Source: Tubiluchus corallicola (lineage: Eukaryota; Animalia; Priapulida). Taken from it: a stretch of 64,000 nt of DNA. The notes beneath the pieces were generated by a model. The model made no database searches. It was given only the letters and a program-made list of their open reading frames with translations, and had not been told where the DNA came from. Shown here one piece after another: positions 36,288-51,200 of this stretch (the stretch's first letter is position 1; each line of letters starts with the position of its first letter). The position numbers were made by a program, and so were the translations under genes. The stretch is taken from the NCBI GenBank assembly GCA_030141605.1, contig JAQGDQ010000057.1:496001-560000 (forward strand), written 5' to 3'.

Positions 36288-39200
36288 TCACATTTGCACT
36301 GTTGTTGATGTGGGACCCTGGCTAGGGGTGTGAGTAAGTGTTGGCACAGGTAAGTTCGTTAGCAAATCTTGTATAGCTGGATATATGCTGCACTCGCCTA
36401 AAAAATTAAAAGATAACCTATTGTAATCATCACAGTATTTCCAAATAAATTTTTACACATAAACGTACATACAAAGTAACAGTCCAGCAGTCCACAGGAT
36501 TTGGTCAAATGAAAGAGGTACCAATATCTAACTGTCCTCTGTCCTATCATTTATGGAAATAGTTAAGGTGTACAGACTTGGACGTCTGCCAGGTGCCCTC
36601 TCCTCTTCTACATGTGGCTGATGTTAACCCCTTAAGTAGCCCAAAATGCCTCCATGTAGATCAAAAGAGGGGTGTAGATGATAGACACGTAAAGGTCCAA
36701 ATTTTTTAGCTGCATTGAACATTTGAGGTACCCAGTTGAAAACAATTTTAGCTGGACATTGAATCCCATGGAGCCGTGCCAGACAGGTCACGCCCTATTT
36801 AAGCTCAGCCAGACAACCATTTCAATATGCTGTGTATGACCCTCCGAGTGATTAAGCCCAATCAAACACTGAAGGTACAAGTAAAGAATGAATGAACTTC
36901 AAATGATTGGTCATAACCCACACAACATGGCACAAGCCTTCTGTCTAGTCCTTGCCACTTGGCACAAAGCACTTATATTAGACGGTGCACAACCTGATCC
37001 TTCTCTTTATATTAGACTGTGCACAACCTGATCCTTCTCTTTATATTAGACTGTGCACAACCTGATCCTTCTCTTTATATTAGACTGTGCACAACCTGAT
37101 CCTTCTCTTTATATTAGGTTGTGCACAACCTGATCCTTCTCTTTATATTAGACTGTGCACAACGTGATCCTTCTCTTTATATTAGACTGTGCACAACCTG
37201 ATCCTTCTCTTTATATTAGACTGTGCACAACGTGATCCTTCTCTTTATATTAGACTGTGCACAACCTGATCCTGGTGGTCTCAATCACAGTTGTTTGTCT
37301 CCTGTTCAGCATGATTTGTGCACAAGATAGAATGTGCACAACCTGATCCTTCTCTTCACCTATAGAAGCCTTTATTATTTGATCTTTATTATTTCTAGTC
37401 TTTATTATTGGTCTTTCAACAAAATAACACATTTCATAATTTTCAGGTGAGTTGTCCTTATAATGAACCAGGCTTGGAGAATGGCAATAGCTTTTCATAG
37501 TCTGACTTCAGCAACTCACAGGAATCCAACGCAAGTAAGCATGAAACATTGCACCTATTTGCACGATTAGCTGCTGATGACAGATCACTGAGATCATGAT
37601 TTGCTTTTGCAATTTTTTCCCAATAAATTGACTTTAGTTGTATTGCATTCAGTTGGAAGTTTGGAAGGAAATCTCATGCATTGCATGCACTGTGTCATTC
37701 CATCAAGTTGATATTCAATGTTGTAGCTGCGTAAGCTAGGCCTACATCCTAGCTGCAGACCTTCAAGCACATCTTCTTTACTGTGAGCACTGTTTCCAAA
37801 ACATTGACTTCATCATAAGACAGAGACAGGTTCAAAAATAATTTAGATGTACAGGATGAGTTTTGAGACTATTAAGGTGCTCAACCACATTTCTCTATGG
37901 ATACATTGAACCCTGGCCGTACTATAAACTGCATCAGAAGATGTGTAAACATAATTTTCCTCGCAATGGTTTCTATATTTTCTTCACCAGATGGTATTTG
38001 AGACCACAGTGAAGGGTTCTATAGAAAGACTGCACTTCTTCTGGTAGAAGAGCTGAGGAGATTTTAAGGTCTTCAAGGCCACTGTTGATGAAGATTTCCA
38101 TAAAGGCTTTGCCCTGATAACACTTCAAAGGTAAAGTGCAATCAACCAAATCACATTCAAGTTCTTATCATCAGTATTCTGAACATTTTATAGCCAAATT
38201 TCTCCTTTTACTATAACTGTATATTAGCTGTAACTAGGCAGTATAACGTTGTACACTTTGTATGTTTCCACCTGTACCAAGGTATTCTCCTTTCCTATCA
38301 AGCTTTCCTATGACAATTGAAAAGAGAACTTTGGATACATGTCAGAAAAAGATGCCAGAGAGTGTCCAAAATGCCTATGACAAAAATTTGAGCATGATTT
38401 GATTGACTGCACTCTAGATTCAAAGTGTTATGCAGGCAACGCCCAAAAGAAAGTCTCCATCACTAAAGTCTGTAGACCTTAAAATTCAGTTTGCCTGCTT
38501 TACCGGAAAAGTACAGCTCCTCAATTGAACCCTTCTAGTGGTCCCAAACAACCATCTGGGGAAGAAAACACAATCATCCCAATGAAAGTATTGTTCATGT
38601 CTTTCCATACAGAGAACCACGTTTCTAGGAATGAAGTTAAGCACCTTTACACACTGAAAATTCATGCTTAATTGTTTGGGAAGCAGCCCCACTTGTGCAG
38701 TAGTTAAAGTTATAAAATCAGAAGTTAGAAGCATAAAGTCTTTGCTAGAAATTCAAAATAAAAGTTTCTGACAGGGACTAATCAGAAAGCTACATGTCTG
38801 ACATAGGTAACCCATGCTTTGTAGGATGACTATTTGAAAATTTTCGTTCCTGCTAACTTAAATCTTTGGCCTGAGTAAACCACAAGAAAGTGTCCATTGG
38901 TCCAAAATAAGGATTTTCTAGCAGATACTAAGCAGAGGATTACATGACTGGCACCAATATGTGGTACACGACTAATCATTTGAAGTTGTTTTTTTAGTAC
39001 TTTCTTTGTTTGACACGCGTTAAATCACAGAAAGGTCTAACGGCCCTTAATAAAGGTCGTTTGGCAGGGACTAAACTGAGGGCTGCATGTCTGGCATCAG
39101 ATATGCCACGACAATTCACTTGAAGTTGTTCTTTACAGATACCTTCAATGTTTTACTCATCTAAATCACTTTGAGGATCAAACAGGGAATGTTAGTGGGT

Positions 39201-42200
39201 GTCTGAAAAAGCTCGGTTGTCTGGCCCTTTGGTATTCCATGTAATGCCAATGTCCAGTTAACATTGTTTTCAACTGGTTGCCTTCAACAAGAGCAGCAAA
39301 AAATTAGGACCCTTAAAGAGTGCCTGGGGGTCTCTAATTGTGGGAAACGTGTCAGTCGTCCATGCCTCTAATGACCTGATGGTACTCAACATAGTTTTCA
39401 GTGGTAACCCTAATATTTAAGCTAGCCCCTTTTAGGGCCATTTTAGGGAGTGTCGGGTCCGCATGCAGACGTGAATTAATGGTAATACACATTTTTTACA
39501 AAAATAAACAAACAATTTGAGATACTCAAGCTTAATTGACTTACTCATTTGGGGATTAAACTCTGCAAATCTTTTTAATAGGTTGCCTATAAGAGCAGCT
39601 TCAGGGGGCAATTGAATGGATGTTGGTCGAGCTATGCTGGGGTCAAAAAGTTGGGTCCGGTTTTTCTCCAATTCATACAGGATGGGTACAGAAAACGTTT
39701 GCTGATCAAATCCACCGTGAGCATTCTGCAGCATTCGAGTGAGATGCAACTGCAAAAAATATAATAGTAGAAATGTTGTTTAAATAAAGTGAAAAACAAT
39801 GAAATATCTAGTCAGAAAAGCATGCAAGTTATTCATTAACAGAAAAAATTATAAATGTTATCTGCTGCTGAATAATGTACAGCTAACTGAATTGTGGCAC
39901 TGGTAATTAAATGCTAGTGAACGGCAAGTTAACTTGATTATTTGCTGAAACATTTGATAACTGAATCAGAAAAACATACTAGTGAAACATGTACTATACA
40001 AACAAGTTAAATAAACAATGCATGCAAAACCACCAGTGCCCTCTTTCCACTAAAACACAGTTTCAGACAAAGACCCCAACTTAAAAAATAAAAAATTTAT
40101 ATATCAACTAAGGAGTATGAATGCAGGAAAATGTTTTGTAAATGATATAAAGTTTTGGATAAATTTGTATGGTACCAATTGATAGCATCCCTGACACTGA
40201 CGTTTGCTGCTGTTGCTTAATAAGAATGCCACATTCTGTACCTCTATCTTATTTTCACTAGCCATCAATTTCATGACAGACAATAGGAGTTATTTTGCAA
40301 TACCGTCACTAAATAATCAGTGACTAGTTCCTATAACTGTAATTGCTGAAGGTACTGGTTGCAAATCACCAGTTCAATAGGAATTTTTGCTGTGAAGAAA
40401 TCCATTTAAAACTTAAGAAAAACAGGCATTTAGTGGCAAACTTAATCAGATGCTGCAAATTGTTGCAGAGCTTTACAAAGCGAAGCTTCTAAGTTCTAGT
40501 TATGAAAGGCATACTTACAAAAAAGACAATAGAGTTGCGATTTTTAATAATAAATGCAGAAGTTCCCACAGGTGGGAATAGTTGTACAGGAAAGTGAGAG
40601 AAAACGTGTGTGGGAGGTATAATCCAACACCACTGCAGTGACCAATGTGTTGTTCCGCCTGAATTCTGCAATTGTAAATGAACAATCATCACAGAAACCT
40701 GGACAATGGCATGATTAGTAAATTAATTAATTAATTAATTAATTAGTAAGCTAATTAACTACTGTGCTTTCTTTGTTGAGGAAGGCTATTCGTTCTGCTT
40801 CACACCAAGGCCATTAAAGATGGTACCTGCCGTTCAAAGTACACCTCAATATAATTAGAACAAAAATTGGATAATGGTGGGTCACCGACTTTACTGCATT
40901 TTTTTCCAATAATTATTTAGGTCTTGCATCTGACTTTTTCATTTCCCCAATTTCTGCTTTATTCCATATGTGAATCACCTTTGATAACCTTGTTACACCA
41001 GACACTTTCTACACGTGGTATTAATTTCTTCAAACAAAATTATTAAAGTACATGTAAAATAATGACATCAATTCTTTAACATTCTTTCAAACAGTGACAT
41101 TTTGTGGCTTTTGAACACTTAGAGACTTCTGAAACTGTTTCACTATTCTTGTTATCAATTGAATTTTTTAAATTACATGAATTTTTAAAACATATGTATC
41201 AAAAAATAATTTCTTTCATATTAGATGTCTTTGCAGCTTATACAAGGAAACAACCTGATAAGGAGTAATCTTGGAAGCACGTTATTTCTTAGACACAAAC
41301 ACACACATAGTGCTTTTCAATTTACTTTGATTACTGTTCGTTTGAGAACTGCACTATGGTTCACTTACCAATTCAATTTTCATGATGTTGATAAGGTCCT
41401 TAAAGATTCGTCGAGGTACAGTGAGCATTTTCATGAAAGCAACGACCGCTGTGGGTCTGTAAGGAGGACAAGCTATCCGTCGCTCAAACATGGTCTCCAC
41501 AACCTGTAGGTCTTCTGCTAACCACTCATTCTGAAATTCTGAAATAAGAAATCAACAGTGAAAACTGTTTATTTGTTGATCAAAGCAGTTTGTTAAGCCC
41601 TCCTAATCAAGATTTCTAATTGAAATGGCTTCAATTAGTTCAGATATTTTACATTGTGTGACACTACAAGTTGGACATAGTTAGAAACTGAAATGCCAAA
41701 TAGTACTCTGACACCAACAATGGTAAGTAACCCAAATGACTCGTCCAAAAGATATTAATAAAAAAATATATTGGCATGGATTTCAGATCAATGGATATTG
41801 TACTATATAAAACAAAGCACGTGAGAAATGGTTAACTTGGCAATAATTAAATATGCAAGAATATGAATGACTGCGGCTACAATAAATGTAACAGACTTAT
41901 TATGACTGTAAACCTTTGCAAAAAGAATCTCAATGTTTCATTATAAAATGTTATTCCGTTTATACTACACAGTACATACTGCACCTTGGGTATACAGTAT
42001 ACTAGGGTACTGGCATCATATCAGGTCATCCATCTATAATCATCCAAATACATATAAATAATTCGTTGTTTAGAGTTGGTTAACTCTCACAATAATTTTC
42101 AACTTCCATTTCCAAATCAGCAAATGGAGTATTTTCAATCATAATGCTAACCAAACAGAGTATTTGTTTGACGAATTTTCTGTAATAGTTCGCAAACTGT

Positions 42201-45200
42201 TGACAGGAAATAACAAAACACTTTGCACAACATTTACAATGTTCACGGTATACACAAAAATATAGAAGAATACTGCAACCTTTACCTCAACAATACTACT
42301 AACTACTTCAATAACATCTGTCAGCATTCACATCATTCACTGCTATAAAAAATTTAAAAAATCTTACATTTTTATGACGTACCTGGTAATGGGGTCAGTT
42401 TAAGTTGTAAATGTTGTAAGGTCTGTGAATTTAATGAAACCTTACAAATCGTTCCATCAATTTTAAACTGTATCACTCCCGGCTCCGTTGTCATTGACAA
42501 CTGGAAAGACAGAAATAAAAACAACAATTGATGAGAAAGACGTCTACAACAACAGTACCAAAAATGTAACCAGCAGCACACGAAAGTAAATGAGGTCTGT
42601 AATGATTAAGCCATTTAAATTAAAAGTTTAATGGTTCATGGACTTTACCACTAAAATGCACTAATTTTACTTCATCTAATGACATTTACTTCCACAAAGA
42701 CTATGTCAGCCTTGGAAACAATATTAGGATTTTTTCTGAAATTTTGTCCACGTTCTCACATCTTAGCTGCAGATATATTGAACAGCACAAACTACGAAAC
42801 AAATTTGAATAGTAAAATTTGCACAATAATAATAAATGTGTTTATATGTAAACTTAGCAGCCTTCATCCACATAACAGGAAATACCAAGATTACTTTTTC
42901 ACTACCACTCATGAATATATACGTAAAGGTACCTATGCTTATGTTTATATTTAGATAATTATACACAGACGTCATTCAAACTGATATAATTGCATTAAAA
43001 ACCAACATCATTTTACTTCATAAGCATTATATTATCGGGAAACTCAAACAACGAATCTTTGGAATTGTTCAACTTTTACTGCACTGAGCTTCATTGCATC
43101 ACATTGCAGACAAGCAGCTATGCTTATATTTTCATAAGTAAGGCTTACATATTACAAATGATAAGGAAGTAGTCTAATATCTTAAAATCGTAGTGGAAAT
43201 AAAATGTGTGCAAGGGTAAAACTGTACTGTTTTATATTATTTACAGATTACGGTTGTATAATGTACAAAGTTTAAAGTATCACATAATAAAAACAGAACA
43301 GCTTTACAGACATGTTTTTACCAAAACAGGGAATGTTCCAGGTGACAATCCTGAAATTACTGTTACATATAATAAATTAAATCTATGCATTTACAAAAAT
43401 GCATTTAAATCAGTGGCTTTTGACTGACTCTGAGAAATAATAATAATTTCACTCAGGACACCTTAAGTAACTCAACACTTATCTCCAAGGTGGTCCCGAT
43501 TATTATTATCCGTATGTTATTTCGATAAACCCGCATCATTGGCCGAAGTACCGTTTGCGCCATTTTTCAAGTCTTTAGTATTACTCGGTCGAAAATTGAA
43601 CCCGCTATCTCCCAGATGGAAAGCAAGCATGCTACCATTGAGCTACACACTCGGCCTAAGTTTGTTACACCATCAAGGTACAGAGCATTCCACAGGATAA
43701 CAATACTTCCAGCTTGATAGATGCTCTGCTCAAATATTTAAACACAGTGTAACCAAGATTGATAAGTTTTAATACATATTGCAAGAAATTAAGAGAAATG
43801 ATTTTTACCATATCCTCGCTTTGTGCTACTCTTTGCATCTGTTTTCGTAGAAACACGCAACCCAGAAAGCGTTCAAGAGGTGATGTCGAGAAAGTGTCCG
43901 TTTGCGTTTCAGAAGGCGGTGTCGGAGTGAGGACATATGTAAGTGCTTGGTGGGAGAGGAGAGTAGGTATAGCTGCCGCCCATGATCGCTGAGGAAGTAT
44001 CCATGATGAAACAACGCCAGCTGAAAAAAATAAGCACTGATGTCGGTTGTTATCAAATAAACAATGAAAATAGATGCTAGAACAAAATTCAGTTCTGCTA
44101 TGCAAGGATAGCACCAAGTAATAAAGACAAAGACAAGAAGAAACATGTCGTAGTGAACAATCAAAAATCATAAAAAATACATTTAATTTGCAATTAAATT
44201 AACAACCTGTGAAACTGCTATTAGTGTAGTAGATATGGCTTCTGTCTATCTGTTACCTATTCTAAAAATGGGCTTAACCTAATAGTGAGCAGTTGCCCTA
44301 GTTTTGCTATATTCTGTGCTACTAGTTGGTTGTTACAAGATGTTACACGTAGACATCTTTTTACCTGCATTTCTGTTGAAACTGCTACATCAATAAACGT
44401 TTAAAGTGTCAACACGACAAAACACTTTCTCCCATTGACTTCATTGTGCATTACTGACCATTTTGCATTTGCATCAACAACTCAACACATTCTTGAACGT
44501 CAGAAGACAGTAAATGTCAAATTACTTTGTGTCAGTACTGACATTCAACAGTCACACAGTTAAAAATTTATTTTTGCTTTTTAACTTGATCATAAGTTGA
44601 TTCATTACTTGCACACACTTGTGCAAATAACATACACACATGCTTATGCACACTTGTACACACTTGCACATGCTTGCACACACATCTACATGCTTGCACA
44701 CACTTGCACAACCTTGCATACACTTGCACACAAACTGTTCTCTTAATATTTACTGTTACCAAAAATACATATATTTTACATAAGCACTTTTCATATATAC
44801 ATGTGAATATATGTCAATAAGTTTGCCATTAAAAGACGGAGACAATGACAACAATGTCAAGAAAGAATGTAAAATACTCACAAGAAGGGACCATCTTTGT
44901 TGGATCTTGAGGGCCACCAACAGAAGGAGAATGCATCACCGGATGACCTGGTGACATTGCAAGTGCAAGCCGATTTGCTGGACTGGGTCCAGGAACTGAT
45001 GGGGATGTTGGAAGTCTAGTACCTGGAGACTGAGTAGGAAACGGAGATCCGGATTCCACACCTTGCATGACTTGTCTTTTCTTGCCGGGAGATGCAGTAG
45101 AATCTACAAGTAAAAATTCATAAAATAAAACTGACAGGCTTCCACTTAACAAAAGGCATGGTTTTTATTCAGACACAACATTTTTAGTGTTTCGACATAC

Positions 45201-48200
45201 TAAGATCATTTTCATGCAACAATCACAAATAAAAATACAGTGTAAGAAATATATGCTAAAATCAACACTGTGACAAGCAAAACAAGACAAATACTGAATA
45301 ATAAACATGGATATCGTGTTATACAAAGCCAAAAGACAAAAAAATACAATTAAGTTACTCCTTCATGCTTCAGCCTCTGACCAACACCAATACACTGCAC
45401 CATATTTCAACATTTTAGCAAATTTGTAATAATGGTTTACCTGGTGTTGGCTGCATAAACGTTGCTGGTGATGGCATGTGGGGACTTGGTCCGTATCCTT
45501 GCCCGGCTGGAGAGGGAGCATGAATTGCGGGGCTTGGAGAGCTGCCGTACAGCAAGTTTCCTGGGGAGGGAGTCCGCATTTGCAATGATGGTGACGGGTT
45601 CACGGCGGGTGGTGATGTGAGTGGAAATCCACTTCCTGGAGATGCTGTATATCCCTGAAATTATTGCCAATAAACATTTTAGGTACAAATTCATTTCATA
45701 CAGTACATTATATACTAAAAGTTATATATGAAAATTTACTATTACAGAAATCACGGGATTAAGCAATATAAAGCTCTACTGAAACATAACAACTCACAGA
45801 CTGGTGTTGGGGTACTGATGTGTGAGGAGATGCTGGTGTATTTGGGTTTGACGGTGGCGTCATCGGGTGATGAAAACGCAAACTATCCGTGCGCTGAGCT
45901 GGAGAACCGGATGTCGGGGGCTGCTGAGACAAGAAAGACTCCATGGGTTCTACTGGTGATGGCGGGTTGTCATCCTCGGCCGCCAGATGGCGCCTTGATG
46001 CAGATTCATCCACGTACATATTGAGAAATGCCTGAAAAATGTAAATCTAGCAATCTGTATGTTACTGATGACTACTCTAAATAAAGACATTGATTTTTGA
46101 ACAACGAATATTTCTATCGAAAAAGTAAGGCTAAATCTTCCAACAAATTTTACAAGTGTTGCTTTATTGATCGATAAATTTAGAGAAGCCTAGAAGCAGC
46201 TAAGCAAGTTGTCAATTAAATTCCGAAGAGAAAGGCAAAACACACTAAGCATATAAGTGCTGTCACTTTACATCTGACTCACAATGTGCTTTGACCTGGA
46301 AACATGCATTCAATGTTACAATATGAAACGAATAATTTGTTTAAAAAATGTTTAGTATTTTCAAACAATAGTACATCACTGAAAATGCTTTCTGAACACT
46401 TTCTTGTCATTCTCATTAAAAGTAATCTATTTTAAAGGTTTTAGTTTCATCATACATGAGAATTATTTTTTGACTTTAGAATTTGTCAATCAACAAGCGA
46501 TTTAACATATAAAGAAATGATTTACTTTCAAGCCTGGAGCAGGTGTAAAACCTTCCATTGCTTTACTCTTGTCAAACAGACTGTATGCCCCGTCTCGTAC
46601 AGCAACTAGTTGGTTACCACGGCAGTGTACATCTAGACAGTATGTCCCGCGGAAAACAATCCTTATGTGAGTTGCTGACTGGGGTATGACAGTGAAGCCT
46701 TGCACTGTTCTCTATAAAAAGATATTGCTGCTCAGAAAAATATAAACTCATAATAAGTCACACGCTGATTTTGTTTAATACAAAAGCTTTTACCAGTCTT
46801 ACTACAAGTTAAAAAAACTATAAAGAAAATAATTGAAGTAGCTAAATTTTGCATAAACAGAGTCAGTTTTAATACTCAAGGTACTTTTTTAAATATAATT
46901 TGGCACTTTGCAAGTTAGAATCAAGCCTTTCAAGTGCTAGCGTATTCAGTACAGAAAACGGTAACGGAGAACCTACTGTAAGCTGGAAAAAAGTGTTAGC
47001 CAAATATTTACAAAATGAACTTCAAAGCCTTGTTTACAACATGATATTTTTGTGAAACGCCACAACGACATTCCAAGTGAATTACACAGGTTAAAGATTG
47101 ATAGAAATTCATGGCTTCATTTCACAGTAAGACACACTATCAAGAAATGCGCTATGTTATTAATAACATTATTGTTTGTATTTATCATAGCGCACAAGAA
47201 CCTACAAATTTACCAACGTGTACTGTCACAGTAGTGGGCGTAGTTTTTAGTTATAGTAGCAAGAAGTGGCACAAGTATGCACAGTGCCTTTCATTTATCA
47301 CTAACACTTGTGCTGACATAACTATTTTAGTACCAATAAACCATAAGCCAAATATAGCCGACATGCTGCTGCTCTAAAGAAACAATAGTGACTTAAAAAT
47401 TAGTGTAAATTTGTGTAATTTATTGTCTGGAAATTGATACATCTGGTTCTCCTTGCAAAATCCACAAACATTTCTAGCATAACTAATTGTAAGGGTTTAC
47501 AGTATTTAAATATCAAGAATTGGTAAAAATTGGAAACAAGCAAAAATTAATAACATTCTTTGAAACGTAAGTGAACATTTTCTTTCATTTACATATCATT
47601 ATACAAATTCAAGTCTTTAACACAAATAACACACAAGCCACTTGGCTCTGCCCATCCAGAGAAAATGTAGTTTGTCGATTTTTTCATTTATAATATCTTA
47701 CTTTTTGCTCTGGTTATTCTAGCAATACTCCCTGCAGTATTGAATGTTTTCAATTTGGCCAATTTAATTTTGGTTAACAATTTTTCTGCTCCGTTAAACT
47801 AGCAGTTTCACTGACTAATGTCTATAAACACTAAACAGCATTGTCTTTTTCTGATGGGCACAAATGAAGGAAATTCAATTAACGATATATCATACGTGCA
47901 TGCAACACAGGGGTATTTTACCAGACAGGACTCCAGGAGCAGGCTTATCTCTAGCAGGCAAGTATCAACACGAAATCATGTAGGCGTTACCAGGGCCTGC
48001 TGCTATCATTACATCATATTTGCACACTGATTCAGATTTTAGCAACTTCTTTATAACAGTAAATCAGTCTTCTCTGTGAGCAAAAATTTGTAGATAAAGC
48101 GAAACAGACATCTTTAAGTGAGAAAAAGATGATAAAAGTTCATCATGATTAAGAATGAAAGTCACCAAACGAAGAATCGTTAAGCAAGGACAAACTTTAT

Positions 48201-51200
48201 AGTTAATTTTAATGTGCAATTATATTATTATAAAACTTCGCCAATCCTTATATTATACATATTACCATAATCACTACTTATCAAGTATTACTTGAAGCTG
48301 CGAAAGTGTAAAATATCCGAAATGGACAGAGCACTAAAATGAGCATTCTAGAGTTTTGTTAAAAAAGTATAATGTATGAAATGAAGATGAATGTAGTTTA
48401 CAGAACTTGCAAAGTAAATTGAACTAAGGAAAGACAAACCTGAAAATGCATGCTTCCCGTGGTTATTGGGTTTGTTGGCAGTCTGCCAATAGCTTTCAAT
48501 GGAGCATGTGTTTCATGTAAAACCTAAAGTATTAATTAGTGATCTTATTCTCGCAAACATTTAAAAATTATTATGATATCCAGTGACGCAGAACTTAGAA
48601 CAATTTTTAACAATGTATCGTCATGGACATGGCAAAAATTGATGTAAGACGTACTTTCTTAGTTTGTGTAGCGACCACAGCAGCAAGAGAGCAAAGAACA
48701 CTTTTAATAATCTTAATTAATAATAGCTCTTATATCAACAATTAAAAACTGAAAAATTTGAACAATATTATTCGCAATTTATTACTGAAATTGATGGTAG
48801 TCAGCACATAAAAAAGTAAATGTTACTAGGCAATCCAAACTTGAAATTTCTTCAAAACGTTACACATATTTCCCAGATTTAATTATTCCAATAATGAAAC
48901 AAAAAGGAAACATTACAAATTCAGCTTATAAACATTGGCTTAATGCCTAACTTGGAAAGCAGTATCGATTTGTCTTTATTTTTCAATGTTACTAAAATAA
49001 TTGTCAAATGTTACAATAGTTGAAAAAGCCAATGTTTGTTAAAACCACTTTATCCCTAAAACCACAACACGAGTTGATAAAATCTTTCAAGTTTTTCCTC
49101 AATTTATCAAATTAATTAGCATTGTTTGGCATTGGCAACTTAATTGGCATATACTAATAACATTTGGAAACTGCTAAATGAATGTATGATGATATGATAC
49201 CTGAATAAGTAAAGGGATTGTCTTGTGCTGATTAAAATCATTCTGTAACTGATGTGTAACAATGGCATGGCAATTACTGCTGCTGGCTTCTGGAGGAATT
49301 ATCCCAAATATGAGCTTGAACTGCCGATCTGGTATTGACCATTCTATGGTGACCTGCAAATATTGCAAGTGATTTATTTAAATGACAACAGCAAATCAAA
49401 AAGCTGAGATTAAAGACTAATCATTAAAGACGAATAACAAAGTGCCACTTATTATTACAACTGCTAGAAATAAATTCTAACAACATTTTGACCAAAGTTA
49501 TAACTAAGTGTATAAATTTTGTTTGTGTAGTTTAGTAAATCGTAATGTAGTAATGTATTCTGTAAATGTATAATTAATTAGTATTGTATCAGTTCCTTTG
49601 TAAAGTTAATTTGGATGTTCTCAATTGTCGTCCTCACTAAAATATGTAGATGTTGCCTTGTTTTTTTGTTTGTATAAATGTTATTTTTGATTTTGTTCTG
49701 CAATGTTAATGTATGTATAAATGTTATTTTTGATTTTGTTCTGCAATGTTAATGTATTTTGTAATGTTAATGTGTAAAGTTAACTAGAATTAAAGAAGAT
49801 TTAGTGTAGATGATATTGTGACTGATTATACACAAACATTTTATGTATAATGTATTTTGTACAGTACAGTTTGTGTGCATTAATTGTGATAAAGAACATT
49901 ACATATACATGAACAAAATTGTACACCTACAAACAATTTTCACATTGGGTAAGTAAACCCAAAATGTTGTGTCGTCACTTTTCAACCAGCTGTACAAACT
50001 GTATAATGACCTTGTCATACTTAAACTTTATCTTAACTTAGTTATAAAAGTGTAAAACAATTGTTATTTTAAGCTTCAAACAAAGAGCATATATTACAAG
50101 CTACAGTTGTAAATTGTTCACACATGATATACATAAGATGTGAGTTAGCTGTTACAGCCCCTTAACTTTTACTATCGACAAGCACTGCAAGAGTTCTGTA
50201 GTCCCAAATATTACTCTTGTGATGACCAAAGACTAGCCGTTCTTCACACACGAATGCAGGTGGATGCGGTGACTTTTAAAAAAACACAAATCAGAAACCA
50301 GTAAAAACAAGACAGCAAATATGGCTGTTAAAAGAAAACTTACCAGATTACAAAACGCTGGCCCGTACAGCAAAACAAGTTTCTTATAATTGAACGATTG
50401 AACTTGAACAATGTTCAGCAGCTTGTTCTCAGGATCTGTCAATAATGAAAACAATTAACAGTGTAAACTTTATCCTCAGCACCATACAGAAAAGACCAGA
50501 GGCATATTCACCAATAACCTAACCAGGCTGTAATCTAGAACACCAAATTTTGAGCTGTGCCAGTTTTTTAAAGGCCCAGTGTTAAAAATTTTTTTATTCT
50601 CCTCAGAAAATGCATATCCTCTCATATTTCACACAAAGTGCATAAGCTGCATGATTAGTTTTGAGCACATATTTGGGGTATATTCACAATTATTGTTAGT
50701 CACTAAATTAAATAAGTGTGTTTCAATCAAGCTTCCTTCATTGAAGTCACCGGACAGCACAGCGCAGAACTTAAAACAATTCAAGTAGTTTCACATGCCA
50801 AGCTGGTACATGAAGTGATTCTAACATGCAGCTGATAAAAATTGACCACTAGTACATTTGCAAATTATTCTGTCGTGCACGACTTGAATGTTACAGCATA
50901 AAATAAACAAAATTAACGAGTAATGGGCGAATTGAAAAGCCGAAAGGCACACAGCATGGACGAATATCTAAAGAAAAGTGCAAACAACAAAACACTATTG
51001 AAAAACATTCTCAAACTATTTCAGCCAGAAGACAAAAAACAAAAACTACAGAGTGTAATTTTAAAGCAAACTAATTAACATTTGGTCATCAAGCAGACTC
51101 CTCTGTTTCAATAAACAGCTATGTATAAAAACACAGAACACCTGAGAAATGAACGCAGGACTATGAATTTTTGTAAAACTTGGTGTGCTGTGCAATTAGG

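Noticed and set aside
36973-37273. 34-bp repeat array as CRISPR
   Set aside because: Head-to-tail minisatellite without spacers.
43580-43656. Functional tRNA gene
   Set aside because: The B box is degenerate, there is no proper acceptor stem, and the sequence continues into a SINE-like body.
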